Shown piece after piece: positions 12,666-25,583 of a stretch of 64,000 nt of DNA. Position 1 is the first letter of the stretch, and every line of letters starts with the position of its first letter. This DNA comes from Takakia lepidozioides (taxonomy: Eukaryota; Plantae; Bryophyta). The translations under genes were made by a program, and so were the position numbers. Location of the stretch: positions 14,322,001-14,386,000 of the forward strand of contig CM060733.1 of NCBI GenBank assembly GCA_030704615.1, given 5' to 3'. The notes under the pieces were generated by a model. It was not told the origin of the DNA. It made no database searches and saw only the letters and a list, made by a program, of their open reading frames with translations.

Positions 12666-12921
12666 AAACCTCACACATTTTAAATCGTTATTCTTAACAA
12701 TCACACTACCCACTACTTCTAGATTTTTATTTTTTATTTTTTTAACATTAAATATTGCATTTATAACGTGAAAATTTTAGAACTATTTAATTCTTTATGT
12801 GCATTACCAACGTCTAGAGGCAAGTCTCTCTTGGCTGGGACCCACCACACTCGACCCGCTTGCTTAGATCTAGCTGCGGCAGACCCAGCATCAGGTTAGA
12901 GGCGCTCCCACTCTTCACGAC

Positions 12922-13733
12922 CAGTGTTGGCCGGGTACCATGTTTTGAGCCCTCTTCCGGTCCCAGTTATGGCCTACTCCTTGAAAAAAATGGATGGCCG
13001 GGGCAGGGTATATCAATAGGTTTGAAAAACATCTCGGTTACAGGTTCTCATTAAACATATGAATTTTTTCTTTTCCGGTTCTCAATCTACCAGTTATGCC
13101 ATCTTAAAAATTGCCGGTTCCATGGTACCGGTTATGGGATTCATCCATTTTATATTTTTACTTTCTCTAGCATTTTTGTGTATGTGTGTGAAAGTACACA
13201 AGAGGGCTCTGGTGGTAAGCCACTCGTGGATTGGCCTGTGGGTCTCGGGTTCAAACGTTCAACCCCTATCATCTATCTATTGCCTTCAGGCTGCCCCTGT
13301 AATACACCAAGTTTATAACTATTGTTTAGCCAAATGCCCAACTAATTAATTTCCTATTTACTTGGACATCCTTAATGTTGTGCACCTAATCTCCCCAACC
13401 ATTGTAAACGTATCATTACTAGTAAGACATAATCAGGATCTGTCCATCTGCAATAATCTTAACTACCATCACCCTACCATCACCAACCCCTATACCTATA
13501 TTATCTAGAACCGCCTCCACGCCAACCCCATTTGCTCCGGATCCTGCTACGGGTATAACACCCTTATAATCACAATGCCGGTTCTCTAGCCGGTTAGGAA
13601 GCTCGATGGCTTTTGCCGGTCCCCTTCCATAGCCGGTTCCTCCGGGGGCTACACTTTCCGGGTATGCATATGTGCATAACCGGCAAATAACCGCTGGGTA
13701 TGCATGTCCAGATGCCATACCCGGCTAACACTC
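12922..13733. mobile_element. hAT-like non-autonomous DNA transposon remnant
   Basis: Left end CAGTGTTGGCCGGGTA matches the reverse complement of the right end (GAGTGTTAGCCGGGTA) at 14/16. Many CCGGTT/AACCGG subterminal repeats. No clear TSD. Confidence 0.55.
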
Positions 13734-15292
13734 GTGTGAACCAGGGTATGTCCAGCCCTGACCGCCCGGCCCATCACCGGGCACAAGACCTGCCTAGGTG
13801 GGTTCGCTCTCCCTGTGGGCCCGCCCCAAGACCTTTATAGGCCGGTTATTGCTCTATGAGGCCCGCCAAGTAGGTGGGTTAGAGGTTTGGGAGGGGCCTC
13901 GTGGGCTTGTGGAGTGTGGAGAACTAGGGCATGTGAAGAGGTGGGCCCAGGTTGGTGATGACTAGTGATAGTTAATGAAATAGGGGGAGATCATGACTCA
14001 GGTACTTCAACAATTGATGATTTTCAATGAATGAGGGTGGCCCAAATCTTTTTAGAGAAGTTGGAGTCATTTAAAAATGCCTCTCATTTTTTAATAATTG
14101 CAACTTGAATGCACCTATGGGCCCGCCGGTACGGCCCATGGGTGACCTCATGAACCCAACCCCCCTTCACCAGGTCTAGATTCTGAATTTTTTCTAAGTC
14201 CTAGTTCTTTAACGGCGGGGGATCTTCTAGCGGACTGGCCAGACCCTCAAGAGATGGACTCCAATTGGCGAGCGGACTGACTTAGTCTGGCGGACGGGTG
14301 AACGGACTCACCAGCAGAGTGGCGATTGACGAGTGGACTGACTGGCGAGCAGACTGACCACTCCAACTGGCGCCTAACTCCAACCTTCAAACCCTCCTCA
14401 AACAAAACACGTTTATAATTAACACACATTACCACCACGAACATCACCTGTCAAGATTTGAACAATGGACGTCACGTTCATCACAAGGTGCTCTTTACCA
14501 CCACACTAGCCACTGCTTTCTACAAACCCCTGAAATAATTAATTATTTATCTACGTATTTCAGGTGTTTTGTGGGCCCAACATACTGGCTCCCCCTCTCG
14601 CTTCCCTGCGCGCCCTGGGGCGGCTCACCCGAACAGATTTACCCCGCCGGTTAAGAGTCGCCCCACCCTATGTGACCCTGTCCCACCCGCAGGCCCCGCC
14701 ACAACCAGACGTGCCCGCATTCAAATCACAATTACCAAACAATGAGAAGCTTTAAGAAAAATATTTTAAAATAAAGTTCATGACATGCCCTTACACATGA
14801 CCGGCGGGCTTCTGTAACAACAAACCTTTTATATCCATGACCGGAACGAAAAAATGAGCATAGATCATGCATATCCACCGGACAACAAAAATCTTAAAAT
14901 CCTCACAAGCCCATGCCCGACAGGGTTTTCATATTGACAAGTCCGGGCCCTTAGGTCATGTTCTTAGTGACATACCCGCCCAACACTCTTCACGACCCTC
15001 TCTACACGTGGCTCCGTCACATGCACACGCGCTCGCATTGAAGACGCTCTTATCTTATGATGAGAAGCTACTTATAGGGATTATTATCCTAGCATGTAAC
15101 TCTGTATGATCTACTACGATATATGTACCCAATAATTTGAAGGTCAAGGAAATAGGGATGGTGGGAGCGACCAATAGGGAGGTGGGAATAGGTGCAATAG
15201 ATCAGTGGATGGAGATGTGTATATACACCTAGTGGATCACAACGACGGGGACCTTGAAATTCCACATGTCCGGGTCCAGGTCGGGTCTGAGC

Positions 15293-15943
15293 CAGTGTTG
15301 GACTGGTATCAAGTTTTTTACATACCCGTTTGGTCTTGATACTAGACATGTCACAAAACTTTCATACATGTTTGGTCTATATAATGGTGGATATAAATTT
15401 TTCCAGATACTAGTATGAGTATGAGTACGATGATCACAATACCAACTGGTATGAGATATCAATTCTGGTATCATTCGAAAGTGACATTGAATTACAAGTT
15501 TATCAAATAGCAAGTATCAAGTGAAAACAAATAAAATACACATAAAGAAGTAAATAGAAGATGCAGAAGAAGAAGACTCCGACGACGCAACTAAGAGCCA
15601 CTTCGCCTTGCGGCTACTGCCTCTTTCAAGGGTGGGGCCCTACGAAGAAGTAAATATACATAAGTACAAATATGTAGGCATATGTACACATAAACTAATA
15701 TAGTACATATGCCATACTAAATGAGGAAGACAAGGGGGGAGTACTGGTATTGTGGCTGGTATGGAAAACCTGATACCAGCCTATCGATATATAACCAAGT
15801 ATTTTCCTAAATAATACCAAACTAGTCTGGTATCTAATCCCAATGCATATACTAATATATATATCGTAGTGCTCTGGTACTTGATACCAATATATATATT
15901 AGTATGGATACCAGTTTGTTATCAGTATACCAGTCCATTACTA
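15293..15943. mobile_element. hAT-like MITE remnant
   Basis: Left CAGTGTTGGACTGGTAT vs right (reverse complement) TAGTAATGGACTGGTAT. Dense TGGTAT/ATACCA subterminal repeats. No clear TSD. Confidence 0.5.
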
Positions 15944-16376
15944 AGGGCTGTGGTTGGAGGATAAAGCACATTATCCAGCAACACCGACTGTGGCTGACTC
16001 GGCTGCTGAGAGACTCAGCCTGAGGGTGACGAGACGATCGGATGCTTCCCGCGGGTTCTTGGAAGTCACACAGACTGAGAGTGTTGCAACCAAACCCTTG
16101 CAAATTTCGTATTCCTGTAGCTTTGTAGGTGATGTCGGTACTCGTTGTGTGGAATTGTTCACAGGCCTCTGGTGACTGCGTGTGCTGGAAGGGGAACCTT
16201 CCCGGTGAGGACTTGTTTCAGAGGTTGGAAGGCATTTTGGGAAGCGCGTTGTGCTGGTTTTGAAGGTGGGATTGAGGATTGTAAGGTTGTTGCGAGTGAG
16301 AGGAAGAGGAGGGGGGAGAGGGAGAGTTTTTGATAGAAGGGATTCGGTTAGTGTAATTGAGTACGTCAGGTTGAAA

Positions 16377-18219
16377 ATGGCAGCAAGCAGGGCATTGGAA
16401 GGGTCTCTTGCAGTGTCTACGCCGTGTGGAAGTGCTGTAGGTCCCTTAATTTCTAGCCATTCTCATGTGGTTTATGCACAACCGAGCAGAAGTCGTGTGT
16501 GGATGTGGCGGAATGGAAGAGTTAGGGCGGGACGAGTGCAGGCTCTGGTTATGGAGCCATCTGATAGCGCGAATGATAGTGTGGAGGTCTTTGTTAAGCG
16601 GATTGAGCAGGCCTGGCTAATATCCAAGGTTTTTTCAACCACGGAACCCTAGAACAAAGTGTTCTGTTTTGGCTTCAGGAAGGATTTACGGTACTTGAAG
16701 TTGTTCAATGGTTATACAGAATTGCTTGCACTTTTAGCACTTGATGTTTCACAAGAAAAATTGTTTGAAATTCAGCTAGAAGTTGTATCACGGGTGGGAT
16801 TGCATAGGAGAACCTCCGAGCCAAGTTATTTGTAAAGTGAAGTCAGGTTAATGACGTTTCATGCTTTTTGAGAAATCTCACTTTCAATGAGGACCTTATT
16901 GATTGTTAGTTTCAAGCACATGACTCCTAGCCAATGGAGCAGATCAATAACAACGTGCAGAAGTTCTGGATAGAGGAATGTTACTATAGGTGCAGAGTTA
17001 TCCAAGTACATTGGACTTAGGCGTGGAAGATCGCATGTACACAAAGGACATTGAAATGCCATTGGTTTTCTGCCTTCAAGTCACACTCAGTATTTGTAAA
17101 AGGATATTGGACAGGTAAAGAGCACCTTTTGCATTTTCAGAAGGGTTGTGAACAGCAGGCTATTGGATGCCACAGCCATTAGCTAGGGTACGAGTTAGCT
17201 ATGTGAGTGCCAATTGGCCAATGGATCTCTTAGAAACCGATCTGCCTCATCACATCGTCTGAGCTTTCCCCCTCTTGATTTGTAGATACTGAGGAACACA
17301 AACATGTCAACATTTATGGCCTTAGACATGGTTTGGATCCTAGTAGTGAGAAAGTTATTTCAACTGCTGTTTTTTTCTGGGAATTGGCAGCAACCAAGGC
17401 CAGTGCAATGTGCATCATGTGAAGCTAGCGGGACGAGGGAGTGTCAGTGGTGTAAGGGAACAGGCTTCTTCTTCCTGGGTGACAACATGCTTTGTGAAGT
17501 GCCATCTCGTAATACACAATGCCGGGTTTGTTTTGGTGAGGTATGTTGCTGCTTCATAGTCTGAGCTTCCTGCATCCTGGCCCTAAATTATCAGCAACTT
17601 ATCCGAAAGGATGCTAATTCTCATAGAAAAAGAATTGAGCAACGCTGTCACACTCATTCGCCTCCACCGCCCTTCCTACTTAGATTGTCTGAATTGTCAT
17701 TAGCAACATGGAAAACCTATGATATTGGGACCTGGGATTGTGCAGATATGTGCAGGGGGGCTTGTACCCATTGAGTAGAGTTAATTCTGGCCTTCCAGCT
17801 TTCTTGACAGTACCCTTGGCCATACCATAAATTACTCCAAGTAATCACCCAAGATTTTGCTACCAGTGGGTTGATCTTCTCAAACCAAGTGAAAAGATGT
17901 GCATCAGAGTCTCTTTGATGCTTTCAAAGATGTCACTCGGTCATAAGAGTAGCACCTCCATAAATATTTTACGATGCACCAAACCGAAAAAATACAAACA
18001 AAAGAAATTTGGTAATGTCCACAGAAGCCCCAAACAGCTTAAGGATGGGTATGAGAGTCAGGATTGGCTGGAAACAACCAGAGAGTTTGAGGATGTGATC
18101 CATTTGTGTGGCAGGGCACCATGCAGTGTGATGATTGCAAAGGTACAGGCTACCGAGCGCGGTGGTTGGGGCAACCGTCAAGGAAGCGGGATCCTATTGA
18201 TGACTTACGTCACCCTTAA
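16377..18219 (+). CDS. DnaJ-like cysteine-rich zinc-finger protein (no J domain), probably plastid-targeted; At2g24860-like
   Basis: Exons 16377-16628 (transit-like, ..KRIEQAWLISK), 17391-17540 (QPRPVQCASCEASG..CQWCKGTGFFFLGDNMLCEVPSRNTQCRVCFGE) and 18115-18219 (GTMQCDDCKGTGYRARWLG..*). Four CxxCxxxG-type repeats. Confidence 0.88.
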
Positions 18220-19519
18220 GCCTCTTGTAGTAGTCTTCAACAAGTGGTGGTGTTGTGATTCCTTATCAGCTGGTTGGAGAGAAACTTTAGTGGTGTTGAG
18301 GGCTCATAGACAGCTGAGGTTGCAGCTGTTGTGAGAATACATGGGAGGTATTCATTTGTGGAGCTGAGACTGGGAGAGACCTCACTGCACGCTAGAAAAG
18401 TCGTGGATCTGCCTGCAGCAAATGCTCGGGATGGCAATTGGTGTGTACATATTTGCTCTGCCTATTGACAGGAGGCCCTACCTTTACGTTCACAAGACCT
18501 TGGCGGTTCATCGGAGTTGTCTTCATCTTTCCATGGGTGGTGCAGCAGCTGCCCTGAAGTGCCTGGATATTGTGAGCAGCCACATGGGTACCACGCTGAT
18601 GCAATGAGCCCTTGACATTTCAGATTGATCCTTTCTGGCATCCTAACGAGTAAGCCTGTAGAGCCTGATTGTTAAGAAGTTAATGGTGGTTTAGCATCAC
18701 CCTCCTCACTTTGCAGTTGCTTGATTGTATGATAATCCTATCTCATCCAATGGATCACAATTTTTAATCGTTCAGTTTATTAAGTGGAACCAGCCTTAAT
18801 CTGCTCGTATCTGATTTCATGAATTCTAATCTTGCCCATTGTCCATGTCATAGGCAATTGTGTTTTTCTTTTTTTGGGTTTTTGGGTTAAGGACTGCGCT
18901 GTACTTACTTGAGGGATCTTGCGATTTACCATAGAGGTTCATGTGAGGGGTTGATAGTGGTTGGCATGTGACAGGATGAAGACTGAATGGTTCTGACGTA
19001 CACTCACAAAAACCCCACATCATTCACAGACTTCTGACATGATGTCTGTAGCTTCTATTCTCCATTTCTCAATCATAGGTGCAGTACGCCCTTAGACTTT
19101 TCTAGATGAACTGGAGCTCTGATCTTTTGATGTCAGTTTGAAGGATTATCAAGGGCAGGGTTTGATTCTCTTTGATGAGTTGGTAGAATTGGAGGCTCTG
19201 TACAACATACGACATCCCTTGCAGAGATGCAACTTGAGAGATTGTTTAAGATTACATTTGATTTGGGGACAATTGAGCAGCTTTCCTCAACCACATAAAC
19301 AAAACCACTCAGATCCCCTAAAAACTTCGACAACACTAACTCTGTAGATCAGCAATGGCCCCCATGCATGTCTGCAAAACTGTGTGCAAGCTGGCTCCAG
19401 TGGCCACAATGGTCTTACCAGTGCACTCTCTCTCCCTTGTAGACCAAATTCTGACCTGGAAACCATGATATGAGACTGTGGGATGCTGCGCAGCAACAGT
19501 ATGCAAGTCTCCGATGGGA

Positions 19520-21200
19520 GAGTCTTCTTTCCTCTCTCTCTCTCCTGGGACCCTTAGTGCTGATGCAGACAATGCCTTGGAAGACGTAAAGCTGGACTGT
19601 GCTAAGTTCCTCGCCAAAGGTCAGGTGGTCTTATTGCGTGACTGCCCGGGTGGGCAAAGGTCTTCATCAGAATGATAGCATTGGGCCTTTTGGTGAGGAC
19701 GAGCTGACTTCTAATGGTAGCCGGTTACAGTCTGCCCTGGATAAATGTTACCTCTATAAACGGTAAACTACCATAAATGTTAAGAAAATTTTACTCCCCT
19801 ACTTGTGCACACTAGCAAATGTTAAATGTTATTTGTTAACAATTGCTTACTCCCCTCTTTGTTAATTTGCCCTCGATAAATGTTAAGTGCACCATACAGG
19901 CTTCACCTAAAAGGAAATATGCTCCATAATTATAAGTTTCAACTAGGTTAGATTATGATAAGATTACATCCTAAAATATAACCAATCAGAAGACTAGAAA
20001 GTAAGTAGAAGGTAATACTATAGTGATCAGATTAGACACAAATACCTTGATACAAGGAGTATATGTTCCACATTTTGACATTTGACATGGAGGTTGTTTT
20101 TGAGAGACCATACCAGATGGTAGCATTCAAGGATGCCAAAATGGCCATAGCTACAATTTCTCAATATTTGCAACAAAGGCCTTATGAGTTTATGAAAACT
20201 ATTTTAGCTATGAGATGCCTAAAGAAAGAACTCGATGATATGCATCTTAGAGATACTCATCAGACCACTATCGATTCGTATCTCCTTCCCATAATTGAAT
20301 GACTCCATATCTTACACTTTTATTTCATAAGTGTTAATTTCATAATTTTATATTTGTTAAATGTTACATTCTGTAAATGTTATGTGCTATAATCAACCCC
20401 TTCATAACCTGTTAATGTGTTAACCTTGTCTAAATGTTTTTTTTTTTTCTACTCCCCCTTGTTAACATTTATCCAGGGCAGACTGTAATAAACTGTGTGG
20501 AAGAACTTCAGCTTTTGACCTTGAATAATAGGTCAAAGGAGACCAAGTGCAGTGGACTTGTGAGAAAGCCCAAGCTTTTGATCGACCCAATTGATATTGG
20601 TACCTCCGACCACTTCCTGGTTTGGACTGAGATGAAAAGGTCTGTTCCCAACACCAAGAGATCTGTGACACGTTCAATTCGGAAGTGGCGCATAGAAAAG
20701 ATCCAAAATGAAGAGGTCAAGGCTGAGTACGTTCAGGCCTTGGAAGAGGCTCCCCCTCATTTGTCCACTCGCTCCAAGACCTTCAATCTCGCTCTGGCAA
20801 TGAAGAAATGAAGTCGCAAGACCAGTGGAGTCTTGGGAGAGTTTCGTCCAAACCTGAACACAATATTCATTTTCTGATTCATTGTTTGGGGTTCTCTCAA
20901 CAGAGAGAAGCTGGCTCCAAATCTATCAAGGGACTAGTACCTATACCTCTATTTTCGAAAGTCTCGAGGCTGAGCCAAAAGCCCCGGCCCTTTATTGGGC
21001 AAACCACACACAGCAGGTTGGTGCTTGTGTAAAGGGATTTCTAGAGGATATTTGGAAAACCCGGATCAATTGTTTATTCCAAGGTAACTCTTACTACCGG
21101 CATCAGCCCCTGACAAAGGTAGGTTCTGTTCCTTTGCATTCCACTCAAACTGGGCACGGGGTCAATGGCCACAAGGCTCCGGCAAACGTCTTATGAGTAC
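19520..21200 (+). mobile_element. LINE family B copy: AP-endonuclease end joined to the C-terminal Zn-knuckle/3' end, RT absent, interrupted by a pogo-like element
   Basis: GQVVLL..VGK..IGPFGEDELTSNGSRL|INCVEELQLLTLNNR..GTSDHFLVW are APE motifs. From about 20852 PEHNIHFLIHC..KGFLEDIWKTR..GHKAPANVL* ends TTATGAGTAC, matching the copies at 47180-48025. Confidence 0.8.
19728..20485 (+). mobile_element. Non-autonomous pogo-like (Tc1/mariner) DNA transposon, 758 bp
   Basis: Perfect 23-bp TIRs CAGTCTGCCCTGGATAAATGTTA (19728-19750; reverse complement at 20463-20485) flanked by TA on both sides. Residual ORF 20063-20302 ends QTTIDSYL, like pogo/Tigger transposase C-termini. Confidence 0.92.
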
Positions 21201-21862
21201 ATTCTCTCCTGGTGTTAGTATGCTTGTCCAGCAGCAATCTTGGGTGGATTATTTAGTTGTGGGACTCTGTAACAAGCTGGCCGGACAAGCGAATCCCTAG
21301 AGCAGGTACGTCCTGGAAAAGATACAGAGCCTCCAAGAACTAAGATAATAGATGGGGTACTGACAGAGCCTACAACAGACCCTTGTACCTGCCCTTGACA
21401 TGCCTTCAGACCATACTCAGTACCCGCCAGTCACTCAAGGTCCAGAGGGCAGCATGCTTGTTCAACAACAGCATTTATAAAACGATTTCACAGATTGGAA
21501 GTATCCTAACCTAGAAAAATGGACAAGCTCAATGATGTCACCCTAGGAAAAAGGCAACTAATGATGGGAGATGGCTCCAGCCAGCCAAGCTACTACTTCT
21601 ATTGCACGCAGTGGCATTGCAGCAACATTACTTGACCCACATCAGCATTTGCTTCAGATCTTCTTTAAATTCACAAACAGCAACGTTCATAGAGGCCAAG
21701 CCCACTAATTCCACTCAGTATGAGTAAGATGTTGGACAGCATCTGACTGTGTATACAAGCTGCAGGACACAGCCATGGGAGTGGAATCCTTGCAACCCTG
21801 AGAGGCAGCCAAATGATGTGAACCGTGCGTTGCCACCCTATTGTGCACTAGGTGCACACACG

Positions 21863-24800
21863 TCATGTGAACTTGTAGTCACGCAGATTAGGCACACTCA
21901 GACGAATGGCAGGGCCCATGGTGGTGCACACATGAGCAGACTTCCAGAACACTCCCTTGGCTCCTGTTGGCTTATTTGCATCCACAGAATTCTGCGGCAC
22001 AAATTTTCCTTCTTGTCAATATCCTGATACATGTAATGAGATGTCAGGAAGCACCTTCATGCAAATAGTTTGGCCAGAGAACTCCCAAGTGAATGCAGCA
22101 CACCTGACAAATTTTAGTTATTTGAGCTGGAAAGACTCATACATACCGCAACAGCAACCAAATTTTGCAGAAGATCATCAGGAGAAAAATTGGCCTTGCC
22201 AAAAAGGACATGCACGATGCCAGTCTTGTCAGCTCGATACTCTACTTTCCCTGCTTTGAACTCCCCAATGGCCTGCACAAATACACCCAAGTAGTAATTC
22301 ATGGGACCCTTTTTCTAGGGGAAGAGGGAAGGATTTAAAACCAAAAGATGACAGCTTGATATGTCCGAAGGGGTTTACCTTGCCAATATCTACAGTCACA
22401 GTGCCTGCCTTCGGGTTAGGCATAAGCCCCCTTGGACCCAATAGCCTTCCTAGCTTTGCAACCTGTCAGACCCCATAATGGAGCCGCACAAAGCAGAGTA
22501 AGAACATCCATCAGACACAATCTGGATTTTGAAGTAACATTTGGGCAATATCACTAAAATCACATAAATTATACACCCTAAAATCCGCAGAGAGACAGGA
22601 AAAGAGAATGTACACATTCAACTTACATTCTTGGCTATCACAGAGTAATCTAATATCAGGCAATAGGTGGAGACTCTTTACCCAGTATTCCAGCATGGAC
22701 CTTCTTGTAAAACACTTAGACATAGCAGGCTAACACTGTTTGTGAAGTAAATGACTGTAACCCAACACCTTAGGCATCATATCTGGTGTAGCAATAAGTT
22801 TGTCGAAGTCCATGAAGCCACCTGCGATCTCCTCTATCAAATCCTCTCCTCCAACAAAATCTGCACCTGCAGTCTTTGCCTCTGTTTGCTTCTCACCTGT
22901 CCCATTTGGTCACGCACCCCAAGTGTCACACCGTGTTCCGAAGCCTGTTACAAACAAGGACACAACCCCAGCCTCAAGCTCCATGCCACCAAGAGGAAAC
23001 AGGAACACTGGGATGGATCCCTCAAGATACATAATGTCCTTGCAAGTATCAAGACATCTCCATACTTACGATTAAAGGTAGCAAGAAAAGAAGTACTGAG
23101 AAAATCTGAGCTAAGGTTAGAAGGATTTTCAGAGGACAAAACCAGAAACAAATAGCAAGAAAAGAAAACCAGAGACAAAAAAGAAGAAAAACGAAGAAAA
23201 AACTCACCAAGTCTATATCGCAGTTCTCAGTGTACAGGTTCAAGATGAATCCGATTCTTTGTCTTGTTTGTATCCACATTTAATTTGTCCTTTCTTTATC
23301 ACCAATCCAAGGACCAAGATACCTCAAGATATGCAAGTGAATGAGTGTCTGTGTGCACAAAAAGAATAAACCCCACATCTACTGCAATGAATGTGTTGGA
23401 ATGCAGAGACATCACTGAGACATGGATATCTCGTATAATCAACATATTCACGGCACCAGAGAAAAACCAAACCTTGAGTGAGCACAGCGACTCTAACAAC
23501 TTGCCCTGTTCCCTTTGGCAACGAAACCTGCAGCCAACTGATACATGAGCTCAACCACAAAACAAAGAATGGCAGGTCACTGAACCCCACTCCTGATCAA
23601 AGCACATATTCTGGATAGGGACTAAACTCTCCCCACATTGCCTTACACTCAGTGTTGTGTTATGTTATATCTGAAGTTGGGCCCAAAGACACACGACCTC
23701 ACACTCCAAAAGACACAAAGTTAAAAAATTGTTTCAATGGACAATGTAGAGTGACTGGCAATAACCAATGGAAAAAACTCAAATACTGAGTGAATCTAAA
23801 GCTGCTTTATTTGTCTAGATGCACACACTCCCTTTCCCATACAAAAGAAACCTCATCCTGACGCACCGTGGCTCGCAGCTGTTGATCGGTGTACTTGGGG
23901 TCAATGTTGAGACGGAAATGGGCCTCTACAGTTTCAATGAATTTGGTACTAGCTGTATCCTTGAGCATCCGGATAGCTGCATCAGGACCATACTCCACCT
24001 TCTTCACACGCAGCTTCTGAATCTCCAAAAATCTCTTCGACCTTGTCTGTGTTAACCAAACCTTTGGTTACTAAATACTCTCCCAAAAAGGACTAATTCG
24101 CAGCTCAACCTGTAAGAAAAGTGGACCTAGACATTGCAGCACAGGGTAAGCCCGATATAACTTCTGTAAAGTGACTGTCCAGGTTACATTTCCACTGCAA
24201 ATCTATCAGCTGAACTGTCACTTCTACCTGAAAGAAGAGGATTAATTGAATTCAAGACATCCTCATAAAAACAGAGCTCCTTACCGATAGGGATATAGAC
24301 CAACGTCCAACAGATGCAATGACCAATACTTGCTGGTTCTTTTCTACAGAAATGAAAATTTCGAAATTAGAGGCGTTCCCAATCCACTTGAAATGTTTGC
24401 TTGCATTGCACAGGGGAAAAATACTAACTCGAGCATGCTTCTTTCGTCCGCTACTTCAAGGAAAACATGGCTTCCTGCTGAAGGGGATCACTGAAATCAA
24501 AAACTTCTTCGTAGGAAGCCTCTTCAACCATATTCTATATGCAAGATACTCCAAATCGTAGGGGGTCAGAAAGCCCAGGCTGCCATTTAAAAATAATAAT
24601 ATTCTGGAGATCAAAATGGGGAAGACAAACTAACCTGGTCTCTCTTCAAAGGCAGAGCAGCCTTTCCAGTCTTGGGCTTAACCACCGGTGTGGAGGGCTT
24701 TTCCTCCTGTTCATCATTCAATACCTCCTCTTCTAAACTGGGAAACAGCTGCGCAACCGCTACAACATGCGCTTTCGAAGCTACCTCTTCCTTCACGTCC

Positions 24801-24976
24801 CACCATACCTTTCCTCGCTTGGTCTTTGGAAGCTGCTGTGAAATCCTTCTTAGTCCAGGGAAGGAGGAAACCGATAAAAACCTTGCGCTGGAAGGAGCTG
24901 GCAATTTGTGTGACAGAGAGAGCGACGATACTGAAGGAGCCGAGTCAAGCAGCATGGATGCCGCGTGGCCGGTCAT
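21863..24976 (-). CDS. RPL1: 50S ribosomal protein L1, chloroplastic (uL1c)
   Basis: Exons about 24976-24634 (transit peptide, ..[10 protein letters not shown]), 24050-23866 ([25 protein letters not shown]), 23528-23472 (VSLPKGTG), 22896-22769 ([13 protein letters not shown]), 22461-22379 ([15 protein letters not shown]), 22272-22148 ([11 protein letters not shown]), 21991-21863 ([21 protein letters not shown]). Confidence 0.95.
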
Positions 24977-25583
24977 TTGTCACAACCCAACAATTCCACA
25001 ACTAACTTCAAACACCCAAGAAGTTTGCACTGCTTCCCTGCTCTTGAAGCTTGCCAAAAACCAGGAGAAGGTAAACTAAACACCATAAACCCTGAGAGAG
25101 TGTCCCGATCACACAGCTCGCAATGGATAGTATAGCGACCGAGATCTACTTAAAGCTGCGAGAGTACGTATTTTCATACTGTATATATTACATTCTCAAC
25201 CCGCTCCAATACCGTGGAGAATGCGATCCGTATTCCGCACACCTACGGTGGGTATTTTCCCCTAAAACTGCGGATAATGTGGCAGAGTGTATACGTGGAA
25301 CTGAACTAGTGGTTGTAAATAAATAAGTAAATAAATATTTAAATTAGTTATGAGCAAGTGAAGGAAATACATACCAAGCATGATAGGCTAGAACCCTGTG
25401 TGTGTTTCGTATGTGGGAGTGTTGATAAGATGAGAGAAAACACTGAGACAAAGAAGAAGCTCATCTGAGTGCACAGCTTTTTCTGTTGCAAAGAAGCTGA
25501 TGCAGTTGCGGAAAACTGGATTAAGTGAAGAAAGAAATGAATGGTACAATGTGGAGGGAGCAAAGCCCAAGATAAAATGCATG

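Noticed and set aside
13205-13270. tRNA-like GGTTCAAAC segment
   Set aside because: No cloverleaf could be formed and it sits inside a DNA-transposon remnant.
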